Positions 19,364-30,657 are shown, numbered from the stretch's first letter. The stretch is 64,000 nucleotides of DNA from an uncultured Verrucomicrobiae bacterium (GCA_963769025.1 CAVYKI010000003.1:640001-704000); one strand, 5' to 3'. Numbers and translations: made by a program. The notes: a model not told the origin generated them from the letters alone.

Positions 19364-19665
19364 ACTCGCTCATGTCCGGCCTCTACGTCTTCGCCCTCTC
19401 GGCGTTTCTCGGCTACCTCGTGATCTCGCGCGTGCCGCCGCTGCTGCACACGCCGCTGATGTCCGCGACGAACGCGATCTCCGGCATCTCGCTCGTCGGC
19501 TCGCTCGTCACCGCAGGCGGAGACCACGGCGTGCTCAGCACGGTGCTCGGCGTGACGGCGGTCGCTGCCGCGACGATCAATGTCGTGGGCGGATTCTGGA
19601 TCACCGAGCGGATGCTTCGGTTCTTCCGGCGAAAGGAAACGCCACCGGCGAAGCAGAAGGAGTAG
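19360..19665 (+). CDS. pntA: NAD(P) transhydrogenase alpha subunit, part 2 (PntAB)
   Basis: VPPLLHTPLMSATNAISG and INVVGGF..TERML..F. Confidence 0.95.
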   Translation: MNSLMSGLYVFALSAFLGYLVISRVPPLLHTPLMSATNAISGISLVGSLVTAGGDHGVLSTVLGVTAVAAATINVVGGFWITERMLRFFRRKETPPAKQKE

Positions 19666-19672
19666 GCGCGCC

Positions 19673-21046
19673 ATGCACGATTACTTCGTCGAGTTCAGCT
19701 ACCTGTTCGCGTCGGTCTTCTTCATCATCGGGCTGAAGAGCCTGAGCCACCCAGACACCGCGCGCCGCGGGATGCACCTCGCGGAGATCGGCATGCTGCT
19801 GGCGATCATCGGCACGCTGCTGCACAAGGACATCATCTCCTACGAGTGGATCGTCGTCGGCCTGGTCATCGGCGGAACCATCGGCGGAATTCTCGCGCAG
19901 CGCGTGGCCATGACTGCGCTGCCGCAGCTCACCGCGCTCTCGCACGCCTTCGGCGCGCTCGCGGCCACGCTCGTCGGCATCGCCGAGTACGCCCGTCACG
20001 GCGCGGACATCGGGGCGCCGAAGATGATCGCCATCGGCATCGAGGTGCTGCTCGGAGCGCTGACGACCACCGGGAGCGTCATCGCGGCCGCGAAGCTGCA
20101 CGAGCTCATGCGCGGCCAGCCGATCACTTTCAAAGGCCAGAACTATGTGAACCTCGGCATCCTCGCAGTCGCGCTCGGCGCGCTCGTGGTCCTGCTCTTC
20201 AGTCCCGGCGCGGCGTTCGCCTTTTACCTCATGCTGGCGCTCGCGCTGATCTTCGGGCTCATGCTCGTGCTGCCCATTGCCGCCGCGGACATGCCGGTCG
20301 TCATGTCGCTGCTGAACGCCTACGCCGGCCTCGCCGCGACCGCGACCGGCTTCGCCATTTCAAACAACGTGCTGATCATCGCGGGCACGCTCAACGGCTT
20401 CTCCGGCTTCATCCTCTCCGTGCTCATGTGCCGCGCGATGAACCGCTCCATCACCAACGTCATCTTCGGCGCATTCGGAAGCGCCACCGGCGCCGCGACC
20501 GCATTCGCAGGCGGCGAGGCCCGCGAAATCAATCTCGAGGACGCCGCGACGCAGCTCGCGTACGCGCGGCAGGTCGTCTTCGTCCCCGGCTACGGCATGG
20601 CCACCGCGCAGGCGCAGCACGTCGTCCGCGAGCTGGCGTCCGTTTTGGAAGAGCGCGGCGTGACGGTGAAATATGCGATCCATCCCGTCGCCGGCCGCAT
20701 GCCGGGCCACATGAACGTGCTGCTCGCCGAGGCCGACGTGCCATATTCGCAGCTCTACGAACTCGAGCAGATCAACTCCGACTTTCCCAACACCGATGTC
20801 GCCATGGTCATCGGCGCCAACGACGTGGTGAACCCCGACGCCCGCGACAATCCCGGCAGCCCCATCGCCGGCATGCCGATCCTCGACGTGGATCGCGCGC
20901 GCTCCGTCATCGTGCTCAAGCGCGGAAAGGGAAAGGGCTTCGCCGGAATCGAGAACCCGCTCTTTTTCAAGCCGAACACCGGGATGCTCTACGGCGACGC
21001 GAAGGGCTCGCTCAGCAAGCTCGTGCAAGCTGTCGAGCAGGCGTAG
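19673..21046 (+). CDS. pntB: NAD(P) transhydrogenase beta subunit
   Basis: ADMPVVMSLLN, AMNRS, VPGYGMA.AQAQH, HPVAGRMPGHMNVLLAEA, GANDVVNP. Confidence 0.97.
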   Translation: MHDYFVEFSYLFASVFFIIGLKSLSHPDTARRGMHLAEIGMLLAIIGTLLHKDIISYEWIVVGLVIGGTIGGILAQRVAMTALPQLTALSHAFGALAATLVGIAEYARHGADIGAPKMIAIGIEVLLGALTTTGSVIAAAKLHELMRGQPITFKGQNYVNLGILAVALGALVVLLFSPGAAFAFYLMLALALIFGLMLVLPIAAADMPVVMSLLNAYAGLAATATGFAISNNVLIIAGTLNGFSGFILSVLMCRAMNRSITNVIFGAFGSATGAATAFAGGEAREINLEDAATQLAYARQVVFVPGYGMATAQAQHVVRELASVLEERGVTVKYAIHPVAGRMPGHMNVLLAEADVPYSQLYELEQINSDFPNTDVAMVIGANDVVNPDARDNPGSPIAGMPILDVDRARSVIVLKRGKGKGFAGIENPLFFKPNTGMLYGDAKGSLSKLVQAVEQA

Positions 21047-21064
21047 TCCGCAACGAGCGCGCGC

Positions 21065-21858
21065 TTAGGTTCCGCGGTAGGAAGCGAGCACCTCCGTGCG
21101 GGTCCACCGCTGGAAGAGGCCGCGGCTGTCCACGGGATGAAAAGGCAGCACGTCCGAGTAGCCGGGAATGATCACCTGCACGACAGGAAACCCGATTTCG
21201 GGATCGGTCAGGTCCACGACGATGAAGTCCTTTCCCAGCGTCTCGCAGATGTCGCGGGCGTGGATCGATGGTCGGGACGACCATGCGGTTGCGAAGCACG
21301 GTGATGTGCGCGCGCCGCTCGAAAATCTCGTGCGCGGCGTGGATGATCGCTTCCTCGATGTTGTTTCCCGTCGCCTTGCCGTTCGGGCCACCGATGAGTC
21401 GCACGTATTCCAGCGGCACCTTCAGCGTCCGCTCCTGGATCAGCGAGTAGCCGTCCACCCAATGAAACGCATCGTCGAGTGCGCGGATGCGATCGAGGAC
21501 CGGAGGCGTCGCAGTGGCGATGTGGCCGAGCAGGGATGCGATCGGCAGCGCGTCCGGCACCTCGTGCTCGCGTGCGCCGAGGTAGCCGGGCAGTTCACCG
21601 GTCGCGCGTGCGGTGAGCCATTCCGCGCCCTCGGCGAGCGCGCCGGCGGTGCTGCACGCGGGCGTGACGCCTTTGCGCATGGAGCGGAAGTCGAGTGCCT
21701 TCGATGAACATCGCCGTCCAGTGCAGATGCTCGGAGAGCGTTTCCTCGTGCAGCCAGAAGTCGTGCCGCGGACGGATGAGGGCGTCGAGCCGCGCGATGG
21801 TCTCGGCGGGATCGACGCAGCGATCGTGCGCGAGCTTGAGGCGGGACTGGAGCTTCAT
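21065..21858 (-). pseudogene. YcaO-like protein with a large internal deletion and frameshifts
   Basis: KL..DRCVDPAETI, (G->R)KG.T..S.A..LAE..E, NG.ATGNNIEEAI.HA.HEIFER, joined directly to the C-terminal VVDLT.PEIGFPVVQVIIPG. Only ~265 codons. Confidence 0.75.
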
Positions 21859-22170
21859 TTGGAAAAGTCCCGATGGATCGCATCGGCTGCTGCGAGTCCT
21901 TCGGCCACGCAATGGCTCACGGACGCGCCGCCATTCACGAGAGCGCCGGCGGTGTAGATGCGGGCGGCGTGGCCGGAAACCGCTGCACGGACGCCGTCCT
22001 CGACCTGAAGTTCCATCGCCTCGATGACGAGTCCCACGGGCAGCACCGTTTCCGTGTGCAACTCCGCATGACGGATGCGCACTCCGCGCAACTCACCTTT
22101 CTGATCTCTCTCATGGCGATGAGGAAGAATGGCGAGAGAAACATGGGGGCGGCCTGATCGGAATACGACC
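21855..22170 (-). pseudogene. C-terminal remnant of a GltD-like FAD/NAD(P)-dependent oxidoreductase
   Basis: GELRGVRI...LVIEAM...IYTAGALVNGGASVSHCVAEGLAAADAIH resembles the GltD/PreT C-terminus. No N-terminal part is present. Confidence 0.5.
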
Positions 22171-22398
22171 GCCTAAGGCCCGGCACTGTGCGGGCCAGCG
22201 CTCATGCAGGCTGCTGCCAAATCAAGCATCGCAGCAGCATTTGCAACCGGACTGCACGCGGCAAAATCCCAACTTGGCACCCAACGCCACACGCCGTCCG
22301 AAATCCGCCACGACGTGATTCTCCCAACCCGCGCTTCCCCTCACGACGTCGGAGGCTTTTCACCTTCCTGCCCGAGGCGATCTCCGCTAGTGGCAGGA

Positions 22399-23836
22399 AT
22401 GCCGGACAGCACCGCTCCGAAACCCGCGCTCAGCCAGACCATCGGGGGCTGGCAGATCCTGTTTTACGGCCTCGGCTCCATGCTCGGCGCGGGCATCTAC
22501 GCGCTCATCGGCAAGGCGGCGGCGGGGCTCGGCAACGCGACGTGGCTCGCCTTTCTGATGGCGATGATCGGCGCGATGCTCACCGGCCTTTCGTATGCGT
22601 GCGTGGGCGGACGCTATGCGAAGGCCGGCGGCGCGGCCTACGTCACGCAGCGCGGCCTGCGCAAGCCGCTGCTCAGCTACGTGGTCGGCATCGCGGTGAT
22701 GATGAGCGGCCTCACCAGCATGGCCACCGGCTCGCAGGCGATCGTCGGGCAGTTCAGGGAACTCTTCGGCGTGGCACTCGATGACACGACGAACAAGCTG
22801 CTCTCCATCGGCATCGTCTTTCTCGTCGGCTGCGTGATCTACCGCGGCATCCGCGAGAGCATGTGGCTGAACATCGTCTGCACCGTCATCGAGGCGGCCG
22901 GCCTGCTTTTCATCATCGCCGTCGGCGTGCGCTACTGGGGCGGCGTGAACTACCTCGAATCGCCCGGCGACACCGCTGGCCGGCGGCGCGGGATCGGGCA
23001 TCACGCTCGCGCTCGTCATGCAGGGCGCGGTGCTCACGTTCTATTCGTTCATCGGGTTCGAGGACATCCTCAACGTCAGCGAGGAGGTGAAGAATCCCTC
23101 GCGCAACGTGCCCTTCGGCCTCATCGGCGCGATGATCCTCGCCACCGTGCATCTACATGGCCGTCGCCATCACCGCCGTCTCCGTCGTGCCGTGGCAGGA
23201 GCTGGCGAAAAGCGACGGCGCCGCTCATGGAGGTGGCCCGGCGTGCGGCGCCGTGGTTCGTCGGCATCAAGCCCGTCTATCGGCTTCATCACCATCTTCG
23301 CCATCGGCAACACCGCGCTGCTCAACTACCTCATGGGCTCGCGCCTGCTCTACGGCATGAGCCGCCAGGGCCTGCTGCCCGCCGTGCTCGCGAAGATCCA
23401 TCCGAAGCGCCACTCGCCGCACGTCGCCGTCGCCGTGCTCTTCGGCATCGTCTCGCTGCTCATCCTCAGCGGCGGCGTGAAGCAGCTCGCGGAATCCACC
23501 GTGCTGCTGCTGCTCTCGGTCTTCACGGTCGTGAATGTCTCGCTCGTCGTGCTCAAGCGCCGCCCCGGCGAGCCGCGCGGCGGATTCGAGCCGCCGCATG
23601 ATCGTGCCCGTGCTCGGCGCGCTGGTCTGCGCCTCGCTCATCGTCGTCCGCGTGCAAAGTCGCGCATCACCAGCGCCGACACCGCGCAGCGCACCGCGCC
23701 GCTCATCGCCGGCGCGATCATCCTCGATCAGCCTCGTGCTCTACACGGTGCTCAAGCCGAAGACCCAGGTCGCCGATCCCAGCCTCCGGCGGACGGATGG
23801 GAATCGCAACCTAGACCGCTCGCATTGTCCGGTTAG
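22399..23836 (+). CDS. APC-family amino acid permease; several frameshifts, 3' end approximate
   Basis: GLGSMLGAGIYALIG, YAKAGGAAYV, FYSFIGFEDILNVSEEVKNP and SRLLYGMSRQGLLP across ORFs 22204, 23018, 23157 and 23535. Confidence 0.88.
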
Positions 23837-23874
23837 CGTGAGTGCCAGACTTCACCCACGTCCCCGTCCACTCC

Positions 23875-24997
23875 ATGAATCCCTCTCCCCGCCTCCTCGC
23901 CGCCACGTCACTGCTCCTCACCGCGCCGGCTTTCGCGCAGCAGCGCGTCAGCCGGCCGGCAGATGCCGTCATCGTCCGCAACACCGCGGAACTGCGCGCC
24001 GCGCTGCAAGCGCTCAAGCCCGCGACCATTTTGAAAATCGCGCCGGGCGAATACCCCGGCGGCCACTCGGTGCAGGGCGTCGAGCGGCTCACCGTCGAGG
24101 CGCTCGATCCGAAGAACCCGCCGCACTTCAAGGGCGGGAACACGGCGTGGCAGTTCTCGCGCTGCGACGGGCTCACGCTGCGCGACGTGCGCGTGAGCGG
24201 ACAGCAGGCGCAACGGCATCAACCTCGACGACGGCGGCCAGCTCGACCGGCCGGTGAAAGGCATCACCGTCGAGCGCGTCGAGATCTCCGACATCGGGCC
24301 GCGCGGAAACCATGACGGCATCAAAGGCTCCGGCCTCACCGGCCTGACGATCCGCGACTGCACCATCGCCGGCTGGGGCGGCCAGGGGATCGATCTCGTC
24401 GGCTGCCACCAGTCGCTCATCACCGGCTGCCGGTTCATCGGGAAACCCGGCTTCACCGCGACCGCGGGCGTCCAGCTCAAGGGCGGCACGTCCGGCGTCA
24501 TCGTGGAAAAGTGCCGCTTCACCGATGCCGGCGAGCGCCCCGTGAACGTCGGCGGCTCCACCGGCATGGCGTACTTTCGCCCGCAGGGCGCGAAGCACGA
24601 GGCCAGCCGCATCATCGTCCGCGAAAACATCATCGAAGGCGGGCTGTGCGCCGCCGCGTTCGTCGGCGTGGATGGCGCGGAGTTCACGGGCAACACGATC
24701 CTGTTTCCCACGAAATGGATCTTCCGCATCCTCCAGGAGACGACCGCGGAGGGCTTCGCGCCGTGCCGCAATGTGCTCGTGAAAGGCAACCGCATCGTCT
24801 TCCGCCGCGCGCAGGTGCAGACGGACATCAACATCGGCGGCGGCACCGAGCCCGCGACGTTCCGTTTTGAAGGCAACCACTGGTTTGCCGAGGACCGCCC
24901 CGGCGCGTCGAAGCCGCAGCTCCCCGTCGCGGAGAAGGACGGCATCCACGGCACCGATCCGCGCCAGGCTGCTGCGGCTCCACCTCGGCGGCAGTGA
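23875..24997 (+). CDS. Secreted right-handed parallel beta-helix (pectate lyase-like) protein; frameshift near 24210
   Basis: Signal peptide; ELRAAL..LKP...LKIAPGEY; GINLDDGG; repeated I.I.DC/NC beta-helix coils. Confidence 0.8.
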
Positions 24998-25141
24998 GGG
25001 ATCCGCAAGTTTGGAAATACTTCAGCGGCGCACTCGGTCGCACGCGATCCGCGCTTGGCGTCCAAGATGTAGCGGCCGGAAATTTATAGTCCTTGTGTTG
25101 CAAACGGCGCGTCGCGGTAATGCGAAACCGCACAACACCAA

Positions 25142-25558
25142 ATGCATACAAAACAACTGGCCGCCCTTCCGAATGCCCCCGAACTCCGCTTCCGCGGCAT
25201 CCTGAAACTCTTCGTGGCGATTGCCGCGTTCCTGGCCGTTCTGAGTCCTGGCGACATTTTCGCTCAGAGCATGGTGAAGAAATTCGTGATCATCACTTCG
25301 GACGCGTGCAACGGGGAATTTTCCTGGACCAGTGAGGCTCAGGCCATACGGGATCTGAAGGGCGAGTGCGCCAAGAGTGCGGCCCGGAAAAAGGACGCGA
25401 TGGCCCGCCAACTCGGGACCTCATATCTCCTTTTCCAAGGAGGTGAATTGGATGCTGATTCGCACATGCGCACCTTCAAAGGCGTCAGCAAAGAGACACG
25501 CTACAAGGCGCTGCAGGGTCGATGGCTTACGAGTCATTATTACTACGTAAAAAGGTAA
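25142..25558 (+). CDS. Small hypothetical exported protein
   Basis: 138-aa ORF with a hydrophobic signal-like stretch (LFVAIAAFLAVLSPGDIFA) in a visibly AT-richer segment. Confidence 0.5.
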   Translation: MHTKQLAALPNAPELRFRGILKLFVAIAAFLAVLSPGDIFAQSMVKKFVIITSDACNGEFSWTSEAQAIRDLKGECAKSAARKKDAMARQLGTSYLLFQGGELDADSHMRTFKGVSKETRYKALQGRWLTSHYYYVKR

Positions 25559-25607
25559 TCGGGAGTGCCTGCGCCAGCGATCCTGGCAGCTCCGAGATTC
25601 CAGCCAG

Positions 25608-25690
25608 TCACGTGCTCAGGCGGCGGCGTTCCTCAAGGTACGCGCGCACGAATGACTCCAGCGGCTGGTCTGTGCGCACGAGGCGGTGCA
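25608..25690 (-). pseudogene. 3' remnant of a DUF58 (MoxR partner) gene, inverted
   Basis: Minus strand reads [25 protein letters not shown], matching a typical DUF58 C-terminus. Confidence 0.55.
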
Positions 25691-26489
25691 GTTCACCCCC
25701 GACCTCATGCCGGGCGACATCATCGGCACCGACGTGCTGGAGACGAATTCCGCCACCGGCGAAAAGGAGTTCCGCTTCATCCGCGGCCCCATCTTCTGCA
25801 ACCTGCTCCTCGCCGACGAAATCAACCGCACGCCGCCGAAAACGCAGGCCGCGCTGCTCGAGGCGATGCAGGAGAAAATGGTCACCGCCGGCAACACCTC
25901 CTACACGCTCGAGGAGCCGTTCTTCGTGCTCGCGACGCAAAATCCCATCGAGCAGGAAGGCACCTACCCGCTCCCCGAGGCGCAGCTCGACCGCTTCATG
26001 TTCAACATCTGGGTGGACTACCCGCTGCCGCACGAGGAGGAGGAAATCCTCCGCGCCACGACCGGCGGCGCCCGCGTCGAGCCGAAGCCCGTGCTCACGC
26101 AAGCCGACGTCCTCCAGCTCCAATCCGTCGTCCGCAAAGTCCCGGTCTCCGATCACGTCATCAAATACGTCACCCGCCTCGTCGGCGCGACACGCCCGCA
26201 GAGCGAAGGTGCGCCGGAAGTCACCAAGACCTACGTGAGCACCGGCGCCGGCCCCCGCGCCGGCCAGTATTTGATTTTGGCGGCAAAGGCCATGGCCATC
26301 CTCGAAGGCCGCATCCATGTGAGTTGCGCCGACATCCGCCGCGCCGCGCCGCCCGTGCTGCGCCACCGCATCCTCACGAATTTCGCCGCCGACTCCGAGG
26401 GCCTCACGCCGCTGTCGATCGTGAAGAAGCTCATCGAGCAAGTCCCCGAGCCCGGCGCGGAAGCCTACGTCACCGCCGCCGCGAAATGA
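25686..26489 (+). pseudogene. MoxR AAA+ ATPase lacking its N-terminus including Walker A
   Basis: Starts at [14 protein letters not shown]. Retains [44 protein letters not shown] and VLRHR. No GxPGxxKT upstream. Confidence 0.85.
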
Positions 26490-26526
26490 GGCTGGCTCGA
26501 CTTCGTGGCGAAACGTCCGGGCCGCC

Positions 26527-27499
26527 TCACTTCACGAGCCAAAGGCGCGCCACGCCGCCCGGCTGAAAACCGGCGGCTGCGCCATCGAGCGTGAGGGTGA
26601 CCTTGCCGAGATTGCCCGCCATTTTCGCCACCAGCACGCTGCCTGTGACCGGCGCTGCTGGTCGGCTTGCGATCCACTCCGGCGGGAGCGACACGGACCT
26701 TCTGCCCGGCCTTCAACTGACGCGCGATTTCGCCGCTCTCCTGGAAAAGCGTGAGGTCCAGTGCGCCGCCCTCGATCCTGTCCACGTAGCCCGGCGCGCC
26801 TTCCTCGGCGATGCGCTTCGCGTGAAGCGCCTTCTGCGCGTCCTGAAATTTGAGCAGGCTCGCGTCGTCGAGAAACACGTTCCAACACATCTGCACCTTG
26901 CCCTTTCCGACGCCGTGGGTCTCGGTGCGGAGTTTGTCGCCGACCTTGATGTCCGCAAACTTCGCAGGCTGCCCGTCCTTCCAATACTTCGTCTCCGCAT
27001 CGGTCGAAATGACGATGCCCTTTTCGCGGACGTAGCTCTTGTCGGCGTTCGCCTGCGTGACAGTGAGCGCGCCCGAGCCCGCGTCGATCGCATCCACGTG
27101 GAAGTACTCCTTGTGGCCGTTCATCATGTTCATCTGGTCCTGGATGTAGGTCAGCCACGTCCACTCGCCGTTCGCGGCTTCATGCATGCGGAAAATCGCG
27201 CGGGCGCCGATGCGGAAATCCTGCAAATCGCCGAACGACGCGTGATGCAGCAGTTCCGCGTAAGGCAGCACCGTAAAACTCATCACCTCGTCGGTGCCTT
27301 CCTTGCGAAACTTCCCCGTGCGCGTTGCGAGGTCGACGCTGATCAGCTCACCCCAGATCCGCCGCATCGCATCCGTGGGGACGATGACTTTGCCGGGGCT
27401 GATTTTCAGCACGGGCTTCGCCGGAGCCGCCGGATCAGCGGCGAGGAGGAGTGTCGGAAAGAGCGCGAACGCGGTGAGGAGTGAGGTGATCGTTTTCAT
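26527..27499 (-). CDS. Secreted hypothetical beta-rich protein; frameshift near 26655
   Basis: Signal peptide MKTITSLL...LLA and coding-like composition. C-terminus ...GKVTLTLDGAAAGFQPGGVARLWLVK* lies in the shifted frame. Confidence 0.7.
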
Positions 27500-27743
27500 G
27501 GAGAAAGGCGGCGGTGAAATCGCCGGGGAAGCGGGGCAAAGCAAGAACAAGCGAGGCGGGAATGTGGAGTGGGATTATCCGGGACCCGGAGCCGGAAAGG
27601 GTGATCCGCGCACGCCACCGCACCGTGATGTGTGGCTCCAATCGCAACGGTTCCATCCGAGGCGGTGATCGAAAAACGGGGACGCCCAGCCGCTCGACGC
27701 GCTGGACGCGATCGCCGCCGCACGGTAAACGCAACGCGCATCC

Positions 27744-28319
27744 ATGCCTGACCGCCTGCCAGAAAAAATCCTCGAACGCACCATCTTCGCCAGCCGCTGG
27801 CTGCAGGCGCCGCTTTACCTCGGTCTCATCGCGGCGCTCGGCGTCTACGTTTACCAGTTTTTTGTCGAGCTTTGGCACATCATCGCCGTGGTTCTCCACT
27901 TCACGCACGGCGGCATCGATCCGCTGGCAGGGGTCGATCCCTCGACGAAGATCATGCTCGGCGTGCTGGGGCTGATCGATGTGGTGATGATCGCGAATCT
28001 TCTCATCATGGTCATCATCGGCGGCTACGAGACGTTCGTCTCGCGACTGCATCTCGACGACCACGCCGACCAGCCCGAATGGCTCAGCCATGTGAACGCC
28101 GGCGTGCTCAAGGTGAAACTCGCCACGGCGCTCATCAGCATTTCCTCCATCCATCTGCTGAAGACCTTCATCGAAGTCCGGGCGCCGGGCATCACGATCA
28201 ACGACTCATCGGTCATGTGGCAGGTGATCATCCATGTGGTCTTCCTCTTCTCGGCGATCCTGCTCGCGTGGACGGATCGCGTGATGCTCGCCGGATTGAA
28301 GTCCACGGCAAAGCACTAG
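27744..28319 (+). CDS. yqhA: UPF0114/YqhA (TIGR00645) membrane protein
   Basis: IFASRWLQAPLYLGL, LGLIDVVMIANLLIMVIIGGYETFVSRL, LKVKLA..LISISSIHLLKTF. Confidence 0.9.
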   Translation: MPDRLPEKILERTIFASRWLQAPLYLGLIAALGVYVYQFFVELWHIIAVVLHFTHGGIDPLAGVDPSTKIMLGVLGLIDVVMIANLLIMVIIGGYETFVSRLHLDDHADQPEWLSHVNAGVLKVKLATALISISSIHLLKTFIEVRAPGITINDSSVMWQVIIHVVFLFSAILLAWTDRVMLAGLKSTAKH

Positions 28320-28333
28320 CCCCGCGGGCCGCT

Positions 28334-29686
28334 CTACTCCACGGGTGGCCAGACGACGAGCACCGGGCGCCGGCTGCTTTGCAGGACGGCGAGCGAGACG
28401 GAGCCGAGCGCCTTGGCGGTGAAGCCCGGACGCGTGTGGCTGCCGATGCAGATGATGTCGGCGCCAAAGCGTTCCGCAGCCGCGCAGATCGCCGCGGCGG
28501 TTTCCTGGTGCTCGGTCACTTCCACCTCTGTCGTGATGCCGCGCGCCTCGTCTGCGTGCGGCGTGAGGGCGCGCAATTTCGCCTCAACCTCGGCCTGCGA
28601 GGCAATCGCGCTTCCGATGGTGGCGCCATGCGCGGCGGGCTCGACATTATGCACCAGTCGCACGGTGCCGCCGGGGGCGGTGATTCCGTATGCGTAGCGG
28701 GCGGCGAAACCGTGCGGCTGACCGATGTCCACCGCGACGAGCACGCGCGGACATTCGCGCACCCGCGGCCCGGTCACCGGTGTGGCGGCGGGCGTGGGCA
28801 CGCAAGCCACGCTCATCGACGCATGGCGGAGGATGCCTCGCGAGACCGAGCCATGCCGCAGCCGGCTGAGTCCGTTCCATTGATGGGTGCCGATCACAAC
28901 GAGATCGGCCTGCGCCTCAACCGCCATCTCCAGAAGCGGCGCATCGGCACGACCGGCGTTGCCGCGCACGCAGACGCGAACATTTTCCCCTCCGAGCAGG
29001 CGGGTGACTTTTTCCTGCACATCCCGCTCGAGCATCCGCTGAATCTCAGGAGGATTCTCGCAGAGCCCCACGGGGCCGGTGATGCCGAGCCGGTCGGCTT
29101 CGTCCGCGGGCCAATCCACGTGCCCCGCGATGATTTCGCACGGCCCGATCTCCCGCAGCTCCGCGACCCAACGCAGCGCGGCATCGGAACTGGCGCTGAA
29201 ATCCGTACCGACAAAAACTTTCAGCGTCCGCGATCCGCCCGCCCATTCCACGAAGGGCGCTGCATCGCGCACGACGAGCGTCGGCACGGATGACGACCCT
29301 GCGATTCGCGCGGAGGCGCTGCCCAACAGCAGTCGCGCAGCCCAGCTCGATCCCTTGGTGGATGCACCCACGACGACGAACTGCGCGCCTTGCCGTGCGG
29401 CAAACTCCGCGACGCCATCATCCGGCACACCGCGCAGCAGCTTTTCCTCGAAGATCAGGCCGAGGCCACGGAGACGTTCCGCGTGCTCGGCGAGCGGCGG
29501 ACGGTCGTCGTTCATCAGGCGGTTGCGCATGTGCTCGGGAAACTCGCCGCGCTCGTCCACACTGTGTGCAAGGATGAACGGAACGCCGAGGCGTCGCGCG
29601 AGTGCGTGGGCGACGGCGGCCGCCCCGTCGGCATTTTCAGAAAAGTCGGTGCCGCAGACGATGGGGCTGGCTGGGGTGGCTTTCAT
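28334..29686 (-). CDS. Universal stress protein with three tandem USP domains
   Basis: IVCGTDFS / VFVGTDFS / VLVAVDI domain starts, each closed by a (L/H)GS(A/V)S...(P/S)VLVV-type motif. Confidence 0.9.
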   Translation of the reverse strand: MKATPASPIVCGTDFSENADGAAAVAHALARRLGVPFILAHSVDERGEFPEHMRNRLMNDDRPPLAEHAERLRGLGLIFEEKLLRGVPDDGVAEFAARQGAQFVVVGASTKGSSWAARLLLGSASARIAGSSSVPTLVVRDAAPFVEWAGGSRTLKVFVGTDFSASSDAALRWVAELREIGPCEIIAGHVDWPADEADRLGITGPVGLCENPPEIQRMLERDVQEKVTRLLGGENVRVCVRGNAGRADAPLLEMAVEAQADLVVIGTHQWNGLSRLRHGSVSRGILRHASMSVACVPTPAATPVTGPRVRECPRVLVAVDIGQPHGFAARYAYGITAPGGTVRLVHNVEPAAHGATIGSAIASQAEVEAKLRALTPHADEARGITTEVEVTEHQETAAAICAAAERFGADIICIGSHTRPGFTAKALGSVSLAVLQSSRRPVLVVWPPVE

Positions 29687-30657
29687 ATGTGCTCGGTTGG
29701 CAGATCGGCTTTTGTTGCAGGATTTGCAGACCGCGTGCGCGCCCTGCGGGCATGCACGAGCGATGCAATAATCGAAGTCGCGAGGATGAGGGCGACCACG
29801 CCGAGAGCCGGCAGCGTTTCGATTTTCAAAGCGGTATGGCCGAGCAGCATTTTCACGCCGATGAAGCTGAGCACCGCGCCGAGCCCGAGCTTGAGGTAGT
29901 GGAACATCCCCATCATGCCGCCGAGCACGAAGTAGAGGGAGCGCAGGCCCATGATCGCGAAGACGTTTGAAGTGTAGATGATGAAGGGGTCGAGCGTCAC
30001 CGCGAAGATGGCGGGGATGGAATCCACGGCGAAGATCACATCGGTCACCTCCACGCAGACGAGCACGACCATGAGCGGCGTGGCCATGAGCCGCCCATTG
30101 ATGCGGACGACCAGCTTGTCGTCGTGGTGCCCGCTGCTCACTGGCACGAATTTGCGGAACCATCGCACGATCGGGTTATGCTCGGGATGCACTTCCTCGT
30201 CCTTTTTGAAAATCATCTTCAGCCCGGTGAAAATAAGGAACGCGCCGAAGATATAGAGGATCCAGTGGAAGCGGCTGATGAGCGCGACGCCCGCGAATAT
30301 CATTATCACCCGCATGACGAGCGCCCCGAGGATGCCCCAGAAAAGGACCTTGTGCTGCCACTGCGGAGGCACCGCAAAGTACGAGAAAATGAGCGCGAAG
30401 ATGAAGACGTTATCCGCGCTCAGCGAATACTCGATGAGGTAGCCGGTGAAGAATTCGAGCGCCTTTTGCGGGCCGCTGAAATACCAGACGCCCGCATTGA
30501 AGCACATCGCAAGCGTGACCCAGACGCCGGTCCATCCGAGCGCCTCCTTGAAGCCGACGACATGCGCCTTGCGGTGAAAGACGCCGAGATCCAGCGCCAT
30601 CATCGCGATGACGAACAGCGTGAAGCCGCCCCAGAGCCAAAGCGGGTCCACCGTCAT
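29683..30657 (-). CDS. terC: TerC/Alx family metal (Mn) homeostasis membrane protein
   Basis: ALDLGVFHRKAH, GYLIEYSLSADNVF, QHKVLFWGILGA, DVIFAVDSIPAIFA, SNVFAIMGLRSLYF. Confidence 0.95.
   Translation of the reverse strand: MTVDPLWLWGGFTLFVIAMMALDLGVFHRKAHVVGFKEALGWTGVWVTLAMCFNAGVWYFSGPQKALEFFTGYLIEYSLSADNVFIFALIFSYFAVPPQWQHKVLFWGILGALVMRVIMIFAGVALISRFHWILYIFGAFLIFTGLKMIFKKDEEVHPEHNPIVRWFRKFVPVSSGHHDDKLVVRINGRLMATPLMVVLVCVEVTDVIFAVDSIPAIFAVTLDPFIIYTSNVFAIMGLRSLYFVLGGMMGMFHYLKLGLGAVLSFIGVKMLLGHTALKIETLPALGVVALILATSIIASLVHARRARTRSANPATKADLPTEHI

Noticed and set aside
18203..21046. Split pntA as a novelty or frameshift
   Set aside because: The three-subunit PntAA/PntAB/PntB organisation is a well-known natural arrangement.
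28334..30163. 609-aa TerC-USP fusion suggested by the ORF track
   Set aside because: The upstream extension is an off-frame reading of terC. The USP starts at 29686, overlapping the terC stop.
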